Notes under the pieces: model-generated | The model's database searches: none | Told to the model about the DNA's origin: nothing | Seen by the model: the letters and a program-made list of their open reading frames with translations, nothing else | In this document: positions 1 through 8,743 of the stretch, piece after piece | How the letters are laid out: the number at the start of each line of letters is the position of its first letter | How positions within the stretch are numbered: the stretch's first letter is position 1 | Origin: Gammaproteobacteria bacterium | Lineage (GTDB): Bacteria; Pseudomonadota; Gammaproteobacteria; SZUA-152 | Length of the DNA stretch: 64,000 nt | Reading direction: 5' to 3' | Assembly: GCA_011051755.1 (NCBI GenBank) | Contig: DRKN01000089.1 | Coordinates: 4,917 to 68,916, forward strand | Program-made: the position numbers and the translations under genes

Positions 1-913
1 GCGCACCGGGAATACCTCCATCGGCGGCGCTACCGCTGGAGCGTTCTTCTGTCATCTGGTTACTGCGTAACACGGATGTATCCGGATTATAACGTTCCTG
101 AGTTTGCTCACTGGCGGTGAAATCCAGATCCGCCGTCACCTGGGCGCGCAGGGCATTGTTTCCCAGCAGCGGGCCGAGAATGCCCTCGATGCGCTCGATG
201 TAACTCTTTTCCAGGCGCCGGGTATATTCAAACTGGGAATTGCTCAGGGCCAGCCGTTTGTCCATATCACCCTGGGTGAGCAGATTGCCCTTCTGATCCA
301 CGACCGTTACCCGATCCGTCTCCAGATTCGGCACACTGGAAGAGACCATGTGCACAATGGCCGTGACCTGGCCTTTTTCCAGCATCCGGCCCGGATACAG
401 ATCCACCACCACCGAGGCGCGCGCCTTCTGCCGGTTACGGACAAATACCGACTGTCGCGGCAACGCCAGATGCACGCGCGCGGATTGCACACTGCGCAGG
501 CTTTGCACGGTGCGCGCCAGTTCGACCTCCAGCGCCCGCTGGTGACGCGCCTTTTCCATGAACTGGCTGATGCCGAAGGTGTTCTTTTTATCCAGCGCCT
601 CAAAACCGGCACTGACGCCCTTGGGCAGCCCCATGGCCGCCAGCTTGATGCGCGCCGAATGAATCTCGGCCGCCGGCACCAGCACCGCGCCGGAGGTTTC
701 ATCCAGCTTGGCATCGATACCACTCTGCCGCAGCGCATCCAGCACCGTGCCCACATCCTGCTCCGCCAGTGCGCCGTACAGCACCCCGTAGTTGGGCGTC
801 CATGACCACAACACCACCGTGACACCGATGGCCACACTGGCCGCCAGACCGATCATGAGACCGACCTGACGCAGTGCATCCAGCCCGTTCAAGCCTGAAA
901 ACGAGGCCGACAT
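1..913 (-). CDS. fliF: Flagellar M-ring protein FliF, N-terminal ~300 aa (partial; continues beyond the window start)
   Basis: Manual minus-strand translation from the ATG at 911-913 gives MSASFSGLNGLDALRQVGLMIGLAASVAIGVTVVLWSWTPNYGVLYG...GFEALDKKNTFGISQFMEKARHQRALEVELARTV..., which is collinear with the FliF N-terminus. It is missing from the ORF track because it has no stop inside the window. Confidence 0.85.
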   Translation of the reverse strand, partial: MSASFSGLNGLDALRQVGLMIGLAASVAIGVTVVLWSWTPNYGVLYGALAEQDVGTVLDALRQSGIDAKLDETSGAVLVPAAEIHSARIKLAAMGLPKGVSAGFEALDKKNTFGISQFMEKARHQRALEVELARTVQSLRSVQSARVHLALPRQSVFVRNRQKARASVVVDLYPGRMLEKGQVTAIVHMVSSSVPNLETDRVTVVDQKGNLLTQGDMDKRLALSNSQFEYTRRLEKSYIERIEGILGPLLGNNALRAQVTADLDFTASEQTQERYNPDTSVLRSNQMTEERSSGSAADGGIPGA

Positions 914-1002
914 TTCTTCTGTTTTTACCAATGCCATTTCAGCGCGCCGCCCTTCATCGAATCATTGCAGCAAAAAAAATCACTGCACAAAAACACAGCC
1001 CA

Positions 1003-1329
1003 TCAAACCTGCATCGCCATTATCTGCTTGTAGGCATCCAGCAATTTATTGCGCACCTGCACCGTGGCCTGGAAAGCGATGCCGGATTTCTGTTTGGCGA
1101 TCATGACCTCGGCCAGACTCACATTGGGATCACCCATAACAAAGGCGTTACCCACCTTGCCCGAGTTTTTCTGCAAGCCATTGACGCCGTCGATGCTCTG
1201 TTTCAGCAGGGCGCTAAAATCTCCGGCGGCGCCATTGGCCTGCGTCGGATCGGCAACAGTTTGCCCCTGTGCGGCGGCGGCCATGGCACGCATTTGCACC
1301 AACAACTGGCTGGTATCGATTTCATTCAT
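1003..1329 (-). CDS. fliE: Flagellar hook-basal body complex protein FliE
   Basis: 108 aa. The C-terminus ...LLDAYKQIMAMQV and the size are typical of FliE. It lies immediately upstream of fliF on the same strand, as in the Pseudomonas fleSR-fliEFG layout. Confidence 0.85.
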   Translation of the reverse strand: MNEIDTSQLLVQMRAMAAAAQGQTVADPTQANGAAGDFSALLKQSIDGVNGLQKNSGKVGNAFVMGDPNVSLAEVMIAKQKSGIAFQATVQVRNKLLDAYKQIMAMQV

Positions 1330-1445
1330 GATGGAATCCTCCTGTAATACCTTGCAATAACTGCAATTATTCGTTTCACCACAACGACACGGAGTACACG
1401 GAGGCCCGTCAATCCATAGGCCGCAAATCAGTTGCTCTTAGCCAC

Positions 1446-1469
1446 ATCGCGGGCATGGCCCGCTCCTAC
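1446..1469. repeat. REP element, family A (ATCGCGGGCATGGCCCGCTCCTAC), single copy
   Basis: Imperfect palindrome GCGGGC-ATG-GCCCGC. The same 21-24 nt motif recurs at 7622, 7738, 14376, 14522, 42066, 42163, 53022 and 53143. Confidence 0.8.
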
Positions 1470-1520
1470 CTGTGCGCTGTGTTTCCGTGCTGCATCATTA
1501 ACCCACCGCTAAACGACGGC

Positions 1521-2951
1521 TCATGACATCTCTGCACCGTAACGGCCCGGTACCGACATGCCCATTTCACGCATCCGTGCCAATTTGTAACGCAGGGTGC
1601 GCTGACTGATGCCCAGTTTTTCGGCAGCAGTCTTGCGATTGCCATGATCGGCCTTGAGCACCGACAGGATACGGCTGTATTCGTGACCCTTCATTTCATC
1701 GACCAGCGATTTGGGGCCGTCGTCGTCGCCATCCGCCAACACCGGCAGTTCATCGATCCGTTCGTATTGAATGTCTTCGGCGGCAATACATTCACCGTTG
1801 TACAGAATCAGCGCGCGCTGGATGACGTTGTCCAGTTCGCGTACATTACCGGGCCAATGATGATTCTGTAATTGTGTCTTCGCCGCCTCACTCAGCAACG
1901 GAACTTTGACCGAACTGTTGGCCGGGTCGTTGAGCAAAAGAGAGGCGGAAAGCGTGCCACTGACGGCGCGGAAATGCTTCTGCAACAGGCGCTCGGCCAG
2001 TGGCACAATATCGTCGGTGCGCTCACGCAATGCAGGAATGCGAATCGGAAAGACGTTGAGACGATAGAACAGGTCTTCACGAAAATGACCGGCCTGTACC
2101 TCTTTGCGCATATCGCGGTTGGAAGTGGCCAGCACACGCACATCCAGTTCGATGAGCTTGTTGCCGCCCAGACGCTCCACCTGCCGTTCCTGCAATACAC
2201 GCAGCAGTTTGGCCTGTAAGGCCGCATCCATTTCGGAGATTTCGTCCAGCAACAGGGTGCCACCCTGGGCCAGTTCGAACTTGCCGGGGCAGGCCTTGTA
2301 GGCGCCGGTGAAGGCGCCCTTCTCGTAACCGAACAGGGTGGCCTCGAGCATGTTGTCGGGGATCGCCGCGCAATTGATGGCGATAAAGGGCTGCCCGGCA
2401 CGCGCCGAATGGCGATGGATATGCTGCGCCAGCACCTCTTTACCGACGCCGCTCTCGCCGGTGAGCATCACCGTGGCGTCACTGACGGCGACGCGCTTTG
2501 ACAATTCCACCAATTGGCGGCTGCGCACATCCACCGCCACCATATCGTCACCGGCCAGGCCACCGGTGGCCAGTGCCGTGCCGATACGCGGATCGACGTG
2601 CAGCGCCACATTGGCCGCCAGCACCTCGGCCTCAAAGGGCTTGGTCAAATAGTCCACCGCGCCGTCACGCATGGCCTCGACGGCCATTTCAATGGAGCCG
2701 TAAGCCGTCATCAGCATCACCGGCAACGGTGGCCATTTCCGTTTGATCTGTTTCAACAGGGTATGGCCGTCCATGCGCGGCATCTGAATATCGGTAATCA
2801 CCATCTGCACCGTCTTGCGGTCGAGGATGTCCAGCGCCGCATAGCCATTATCGGCGGTTTCCGTGGCATAGCCCGCCAGGCTCAGGGTGTCGCAGAGGGC
2901 GCTGCGCAGCTCTGCATCATCTTCCACGACCAGAATTACTACTTGTTTCAT
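1521..2951 (-). CDS. fleR: Sigma-54-dependent response regulator (FleR/FlrC-like): REC + AAA+ sigma-54 interaction + HTH
   Basis: Start moved to the MKQVVILVVEDD ATG at 2949-2951, which has a GGAGG RBS. It contains GESGVGKE (Walker A), the GAFTGA sigma-54 contact motif and a C-terminal HTH. It follows fleS and precedes fliE. Confidence 0.85.
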   Translation of the reverse strand: MKQVVILVVEDDAELRSALCDTLSLAGYATETADNGYAALDILDRKTVQMVITDIQMPRMDGHTLLKQIKRKWPPLPVMLMTAYGSIEMAVEAMRDGAVDYLTKPFEAEVLAANVALHVDPRIGTALATGGLAGDDMVAVDVRSRQLVELSKRVAVSDATVMLTGESGVGKEVLAQHIHRHSARAGQPFIAINCAAIPDNMLEATLFGYEKGAFTGAYKACPGKFELAQGGTLLLDEISEMDAALQAKLLRVLQERQVERLGGNKLIELDVRVLATSNRDMRKEVQAGHFREDLFYRLNVFPIRIPALRERTDDIVPLAERLLQKHFRAVSGTLSASLLLNDPANSSVKVPLLSEAAKTQLQNHHWPGNVRELDNVIQRALILYNGECIAAEDIQYERIDELPVLADGDDDGPKSLVDEMKGHEYSRILSVLKADHGNRKTAAEKLGISQRTLRYKLARMREMGMSVPGRYGAEMS

Positions 2952-2988
2952 ATAACCTCCTGAACCGAAATCTGTCGCCGCGAATGGA

Positions 2989-4104
2989 TCATTTGTCGTC
3001 ATCCAGGCGTGGCAGTTGCAGGATAAATTCGCTGCCCTCACCCAGCCGGCTATGGACACGCACACCACCGCCGTTGGCCTGAGCCACGGCCTGCACCACG
3101 GACAGACCCAGGCCGGTGCCGTTGGCGCGGGTGGTGAAAAAGGGTTTGAAGAGATGTTTTTGCACCTCGGCTGTCATACCCGGGCCGCTATCGGTAATGG
3201 TGATTTCCAGCATGTCGCAGGCGCCCTGGCGCAGTCCCAGTCGCAGCACACCGCCCTGCCCCATGGCCTGCATGGCATTGTTGGTGATATTCAACAGGGC
3301 GCTGAGCAGGGTGCGGGGATTACCCTGCACGCGGGCACCTTCGCAGGCAGTGCGAAGCTGTAATTCAGTGCCGCGCTCCTCGCAGTGCGGCGCCACCGCG
3401 CTCGCCAGACTGGCGAGCAGAGCGTCCAATTCGATAAGCTCTTCCCCACCATAACCACTGCGTGAAAACAGCAACATGTCGTTAGTCAGCGCATCCAACT
3501 GACGCAATTGGGAGACAACCTTGCCGGCCAGTTCGGCGCGGGACGTCACATCGAGATGGGATTGCTTGAGCTGTGAGGCGTACAACAGACCCGCGGCCAA
3601 CGGCGTGCGTACCTGATGGGCGAGGCCGGCGGCCATCTCACCCAGCGCCGAGAGCCGTTGGTGCTGGCTCAGGCACTGCTGTAATTCACGGGTTTCGGTG
3701 ACATCGTTGAGCAACAGCAACTGGCCCGGCTCATCGCCCAAGGGGCAGGTGGAGATACTGACACGGCGGCCATCGGCCAGGGAGATTTCATGACCATCGT
3801 CGCTGCGGGGAGAAAAGGCGCGGCCAATGATGTCGGTCCAGCGCTCGCCCGTCAGCGGTTCGCCGAGCAGTTTGATCGCCGCAGGGTTGCATTCCTGCAC
3901 ACGCCCCGAGGCATCCAGCACCACGACGCCGGACGGCAGGGCACTGAAAATGGCTTGCAGGCGCCGAGCCTTGTCCGGCACGGGCGGTAACGCTTGATCG
4001 ACGGAATGCAGCGGGTAAGAAGGTTCCCGCCGTGGAGGAGCCAGATCGAAAACCTGAAAAGAGTGCTCCAGGGTTTGGATCTGTGGGGTTTGCTGTACGG
4101 CCAT
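2989..4104 (-). CDS. fleS: PAS-domain sensor histidine kinase (FleS/FlrB-like)
   Basis: The likely start is MAVQQTP at 4102-4104. It has the H-box LAHQVRTPL and a HATPase_c region (NAMQA...GTGLGLS). No TM segments are evident, so it is a cytoplasmic PAS kinase like FleS. Confidence 0.8.
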   Translation of the reverse strand: MAVQQTPQIQTLEHSFQVFDLAPPRREPSYPLHSVDQALPPVPDKARRLQAIFSALPSGVVVLDASGRVQECNPAAIKLLGEPLTGERWTDIIGRAFSPRSDDGHEISLADGRRVSISTCPLGDEPGQLLLLNDVTETRELQQCLSQHQRLSALGEMAAGLAHQVRTPLAAGLLYASQLKQSHLDVTSRAELAGKVVSQLRQLDALTNDMLLFSRSGYGGEELIELDALLASLASAVAPHCEERGTELQLRTACEGARVQGNPRTLLSALLNITNNAMQAMGQGGVLRLGLRQGACDMLEITITDSGPGMTAEVQKHLFKPFFTTRANGTGLGLSVVQAVAQANGGGVRVHSRLGEGSEFILQLPRLDDDK

Positions 4105-4176
4105 CGTCACGCCTCGCTCTGACTGTTGTTGTCCGCCGCGGGTTTTCCCGCAGGCGGTACCTTGACAGCCGTGATG

Positions 4177-4193
4177 GAGCAAAATACGTGCCT
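4177..4193 (-). promoter_or_regulatory. Sigma-54 (-24/-12) promoter upstream of fleS-fleR
   Basis: The minus strand reads aGGCACgtattTTGCt. GG and GC are separated by exactly 10 nt, a near-consensus match to TGGCAC-N5-TTGCW. It lies about 75 nt upstream of the fleS start. Confidence 0.6.
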
Positions 4194-4248
4194 AAATAAT
4201 TTTTTCCTTTTTATTCAGTTGCTTGGGGTATCCAAGAAAAAACAGGAG

Positions 4249-5673
4249 TCAAATTCCCGTCACGGACTCACTGCGTTGCAGGCCATACTTGCGCAATTTC
4301 TCGACGAGGGTGGTGCGGCGCATCTTCAGCCGCTTGGCGGCATGGGCCACCACACCGCCCGCCTCGTCCAGCGCCTGCTTGATCAGCGAGCACTCGACGG
4401 TGGAAATATGCTCTTTGAGGTCCAGCCCCTCACGCGGCAAGCGGGCAGGCTGTAAGGGCATCACGGGTGTCAACTGCGGATCCAGCGTGATCTGCGGCAG
4501 ATTTTCGCCACTGCCAGCGGGACGGAACTTAGCCGGTAAATCACCCACATCGACAATGCCATATGGATGCATGATGACCAGCCGTTCGAGCAGGTTGGAC
4601 AGCTCGCGCACATTACCCGGCCAGCGGTACTGGCACAGGGCAATCAGTGCGGCCGGTGTAAAGCGTACTGAGCCACGTTTTTCATTTTCCATGCGCGCGA
4701 TCAGTTCATTCACCAGCAGGGGCACATCGTCGATGCGCTCACGCAGGGGCGGCATGTCGATGGGAAAGACGTTCAGGCGGTAATACAGGTCTTCGCGGAA
4801 TTTACCCGCGCTGATCAGTTCATCAAGATTGCGATGCGTGGCGGCGACGATACGCACATCGGCGCTCAGCACTTTGTTACCGCCGATGCGTTCGAAAGTA
4901 CGTTCTTGTAGCACCCGCAACAGCTTGACCTGCATGGTCGTAGGCATATCGCCGATTTCATCGAGGAACAGGGTGCCACCCTCGGCCATTTCAAAGCGGC
5001 CGCGACGGGCGCTGATGGCGCCGGTAAAGGCGCCCTTCTCGTGACCAAAGAGTTCGCTTTCCAGCAGCTCGCCGGGAATGGCGCCACAGTTGATGGGGAC
5101 GAACGGTTTGTCACGACGGGAGGAATGGTAGTGCAGGTTGCGCGCCACCACTTCCTTACCGGTACCGGACTCACCCAGAATCAGCACCGTGGCGTCCGTG
5201 TCCGCCACCTGTTCGATGAGCTTGTGCACCTCAAGGATGCCACGGCTATTACCTACCAGACTGCGGAAAAGCTCCAGGTTCATACCACCACCGCGCTTTT
5301 GACTCAGTCGATAAACCTGGGCGCGGTGCAGAGCGTCGGAGACCTCGGCGTAACGCATGGGAAGATTGATCAGACTAAACGCGTTCTTGACCATGTCCTG
5401 GTCAAGATCATGCTCGCCATTTTCCGCAACCAGCACCAAAACAGGTATATTTCCAGGCGCCTGACGCAGTGTGTCAAAGGTTGTCTTACGCGCCTCTGCG
5501 GAGCTACACCCCCCCAGGATAATGGCCTCAACCCCATCGTCCAGCCTATCGCCGGCCGCCTGGTAGTCGATGATGGTGATCGGCTCCTGGGCAACGAATT
5601 CGAGTATCGCGGCAAGCTTGTCCCGCTGCTGCTTATCGTCTTCCACCAGCAAGATAGTCATGGAATCGGGCAT
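4249..5673 (-). CDS. fleQ: Sigma-54-dependent master flagellar activator (FleQ/FlrA-like)
   Basis: The best start is MPDSMTILLVEDD at 5671-5673, with a GGAG RBS. It has GESGTGKE, GAFTGA and a C-terminal HTH. It sits upstream of fleSR, as FleQ does in Pseudomonas. Confidence 0.8.
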   Translation of the reverse strand: MPDSMTILLVEDDKQQRDKLAAILEFVAQEPITIIDYQAAGDRLDDGVEAIILGGCSSAEARKTTFDTLRQAPGNIPVLVLVAENGEHDLDQDMVKNAFSLINLPMRYAEVSDALHRAQVYRLSQKRGGGMNLELFRSLVGNSRGILEVHKLIEQVADTDATVLILGESGTGKEVVARNLHYHSSRRDKPFVPINCGAIPGELLESELFGHEKGAFTGAISARRGRFEMAEGGTLFLDEIGDMPTTMQVKLLRVLQERTFERIGGNKVLSADVRIVAATHRNLDELISAGKFREDLYYRLNVFPIDMPPLRERIDDVPLLVNELIARMENEKRGSVRFTPAALIALCQYRWPGNVRELSNLLERLVIMHPYGIVDVGDLPAKFRPAGSGENLPQITLDPQLTPVMPLQPARLPREGLDLKEHISTVECSLIKQALDEAGGVVAHAAKRLKMRRTTLVEKLRKYGLQRSESVTGI

Positions 5674-6860
5674 TTTTTTCTCCGTGCACCAGTCGAGTAC
5701 TCTGTCCATATTCACCTTGACGAAGTACTTGGACTCCGTCAGTTTTCCCAGCCCGCTAAGTAAAACACCTGATTTCCGGTATGTCAAAATATTGTCACGA
5801 GAAATAAAGGGAAAATGCCTTTAAAAACGGAGAGCTATCGATTTTTCCTGAATACGGACACAAAGAAACAGGCTCAACTCACTATCCTTTCACCGTGGTT
5901 TGACGTCTTTCGGAGGAGCCGCTCCGGTGGGCGCGTAGTTTGTGCCCACGCGCTACAAACCGCGTTGTAGGAAATTTCTGAAGTCGATGCGATATTTTGG
6001 GCATGTGCTCGCTCCTTAATACCGAAAAACATACTGAATTTTAACCGGCACTTCGTAAGAAACAAGCTTCCAGGAGTCCTTTTCCGTGCGCAAATGCGCG
6101 CCCTGTCGTCCACAGGGCGCCCCGTTTGACCGCCCTTTGAGGTTTGATATAAACATGGCGTTTGATAGGTGTGCCCTTTGCTCGTCCACTTTACCGACCC
6201 TGTCATCTGCGGTGAGCCACCGCTATCAAAATCCGTGATCGCTTCTTGGGTCGCCAACTGGCCAATTTCATTACCGGCCTGTTGAATGGCTTCTTCGGCT
6301 TCAAACAGGGAGCCACTGATTATTGACCGTCACTTCCAGTGTCCGTTGTTTTTTGTCCGTGTGAGCAATTGTGCCATGATGAGTTTGCCTATTGTATACA
6401 AATCATGGTGTTGTAGAGTAAGCTTGGAAATCACATCATGCCAAGTTCTCACCCGGTAAGACCTTATGCTGTGTCGTTACAGCAGCTTTTCTGGAAAGAG
6501 AACAGGAATACCTCAAGATTAACCCCAACGTCAGGGCGAGACTGGAAAAATTGCCCGAACTACAACAGCCTTTTAACTTTTTCAGAACAATTGATCAGCT
6601 GGGTTTAGGCTCAAAATGATGAAGATACGAAGCCAAGACTGCCAGCACAAGAAACGATTCAGGAAGGCGACCTACGACTATCTTGGTGGTCTGGATCTTT
6701 AACCGACCGGTGTTAAACGGGAGGGATCGCCCGTTCGATAATGGGAAAGACCCAGAAAAAATAATGTATTTAAAACAGCATCACTACCGAATCAAGCGAT
6801 TTTTTTCTCCTATAAAGCCAATATTCTTGTTATTCATGGCGGCCGCTGCTGCAACAGAAA

Positions 6861-7601
6861 ATGCGTGACACCACCACAAACAACATCCACATCGAAATCT
6901 TTTCCGACGTACTCTGTGTCTGGGCCTACAGCGCACAGATCCGCTTCGACCAGCTGAAACGGGATTTCGGCGACCAACTGCAACTCCAGTACCGCTACAT
7001 TCCCATCTTTGCCGCCGTTGAAAAACGCATCGGCCAGGGCTGGAAAGACAAGGGTGGCTTTACCGGTTTCAACGAAAACCTGCACAAGACGGCCGCCGGC
7101 TGGGATCATGTCGAACTGCACCCGAAAATCTGGCTGCAAAACCGGCCGAAATCATCCACCGTGCCACACCTGTACCTGAAAGCCGTCCAGCTGCTGCAGG
7201 AACAGCACATCATCTCGACACAGGCACTAGTCCACCAAGGTTATATTGACGGAGCAAAACACGACGGCCACAGCCTGTTCGAGGCCTTTTCCTGGTACAT
7301 GCGCTGTGCCTTTTTCAAAGAGACGCAAAACATCGGTGAAATGTCCGTCCTCGACACCCTCGCCGAAGACATGGGCATCCCCGTGCCGTCCGTGCACGAA
7401 CGGCTCGACAACGGCGAGGCCCATGCCGCCCTGCAACTCGACAGCGACGCCCGCGACCACTATCGGGTACCGGGCAGCCCCACCCTGGTATTCAACGATG
7501 GTCGTCAGCGGCTATACGGCAATGTCGGCTACCGTATCATCGAGGCCAATATCCGTGAGCTGCTGAACGACGGCGACAGCGGGGAAGCCAGTTGGTGTTA
7601 G
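6861..7601 (+). CDS. DsbA-family thioredoxin-fold oxidoreductase (FrnE / 2-hydroxychromene-2-carboxylate isomerase-like)
   Basis: The N-terminus is IEIFSDVLCVWAY, with a single active-site Cys in a DsbA-like fold. 246 aa. Confidence 0.6.
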   Translation: MRDTTTNNIHIEIFSDVLCVWAYSAQIRFDQLKRDFGDQLQLQYRYIPIFAAVEKRIGQGWKDKGGFTGFNENLHKTAAGWDHVELHPKIWLQNRPKSSTVPHLYLKAVQLLQEQHIISTQALVHQGYIDGAKHDGHSLFEAFSWYMRCAFFKETQNIGEMSVLDTLAEDMGIPVPSVHERLDNGEAHAALQLDSDARDHYRVPGSPTLVFNDGRQRLYGNVGYRIIEANIRELLNDGDSGEASWC

Positions 7602-7621
7602 AGCCGGCGCCATGTTTCACC

Positions 7622-7761
7622 GGAGCGGGCCATGCCCGCGATGGTCTGCCTATGGTGTTGTAGGCGCGGCAGCCCGGTGATGAAAAACTATCGCACCTAA
7701 AGGCGCTCCTGATGTGTTGGTGATGTCTCAGGAAACCATCGCGGGCATGGCCCGCTCCTAC
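7622..7761. repeat. REPIN: inverted doublet of family-A REPs (GGAGCGGGCCATGCCCGCGAT ... ATCGCGGGCATGGCCCGCTCCTAC)
   Basis: Two copies in opposite orientation, about 95 bp apart, forming a long hairpin-capable unit. Confidence 0.8.
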
Positions 7762-7793
7762 GCAATCGATGACATCCAGGCGAAACAATACCC

Positions 7794-8525
7794 ATGGCAA
7801 TCCTCTGGCAAAAACAGGTCGGCGACACCCGTTACGAAGTGCGCACCGCCGGGCGTTCGCGACGCCTGTATTCCAATGGCGTATTCCACAGTCAGTACCA
7901 CCCGGGTCGCCCCCACGCCGGCGGCGTCTGGGATCTGCTCATGTTGCCAGCTTTTTTCCGCTCGCCCACGCGTATCAGACGCATCCTGGTGCTGGGTGTT
8001 GGTGGTGGCACGGTGATTCATCTGTTGCAACGTTTTCTGCGGCCGGAAGCAATCATCGGCGTGGAATTGAACCCTGTTCACCTACAGGTGGCGCGGCAGT
8101 TCTTCGATATCAGGAAAGACATGGCCACCCTGCACCAGGCCGATGCCGTGCAGTGGCTGAACGACTACGACGGCCCCGCCTTCGACATGATTATCGATGA
8201 CCTGTTCGGCAACGAAGACACCGGTCGCGCGGTGCCCGCCGACACGGCGTGGTGCAGCATCTTGCTGCGCAATCTCAACCGCAATGGCGTGCTGGTGATG
8301 AATTTCATCGGCGGCAAGGCCTTGCGCCACAGCGCCTGCGTCAGCGAACCGCTGATCGCCCGTCACTTCACGTCCCGCTTTCAGCTTAGTCTGCCGGCCT
8401 ACGAAAACGCCATCGGCGCCTTCCTCGGCCACCCGGCCAGCAGCCAGGGCCTGCGCAAGAATCTTGCCCGCGTGCCCGAACTCTCCAGCAAGCGCATCGA
8501 CTTTCGCATCCGGCAGATCACTTGA
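7794..8525 (+). CDS. Spermidine-synthase-like SAM-dependent methyltransferase / aminopropyltransferase family protein
   Basis: It has the VLGVGGGT glycine-rich SAM/dcSAM-binding motif and a DDLF acidic motif. 243 aa. Confidence 0.55.
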   Translation: MAILWQKQVGDTRYEVRTAGRSRRLYSNGVFHSQYHPGRPHAGGVWDLLMLPAFFRSPTRIRRILVLGVGGGTVIHLLQRFLRPEAIIGVELNPVHLQVARQFFDIRKDMATLHQADAVQWLNDYDGPAFDMIIDDLFGNEDTGRAVPADTAWCSILLRNLNRNGVLVMNFIGGKALRHSACVSEPLIARHFTSRFQLSLPAYENAIGAFLGHPASSQGLRKNLARVPELSSKRIDFRIRQIT

Positions 8526-8743
8526 TAAGCGCCGGAGGAAGGTGCTGTAGAAATTCCATTTCTTTCATCATTGAACGATTTCAGTACCATCGAGCACACA
8601 GCGCGCGCCACGAACAGGTGTAGTGTGCGCCGTGCGCACAAGATGGATATCCCATTCCTCTGTAAACGCTGCATCTCTGCGATGAGCTGAATAATGACTC
8701 TTTTCTTTGCGCTCCCCGCCCCCCTGCGCCCACTTCATTTGAC

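Noticed and set aside
104-837. ORF-track entries 104..805(+), 307..837(-) and 348..545(+)
   Set aside because: All are out-of-frame or antisense shadows of fliF. The real gene is the minus-strand frame, which has no stop in the window and translates into recognisable FliF sequence.
1330-1520. Sigma-54 promoter upstream of fliE
   Set aside because: I looked for GG-N10-GC with flanking consensus on the minus strand. The only candidates had 12-14 nt spacing, so nothing is convincing.
5874-6257. 127-aa minus-strand ORF in the fleQ upstream region
   Set aside because: No RBS, odd composition and no recognisable family. It is treated as part of a degenerate non-coding region rather than a gene, although it may be a gene relic.
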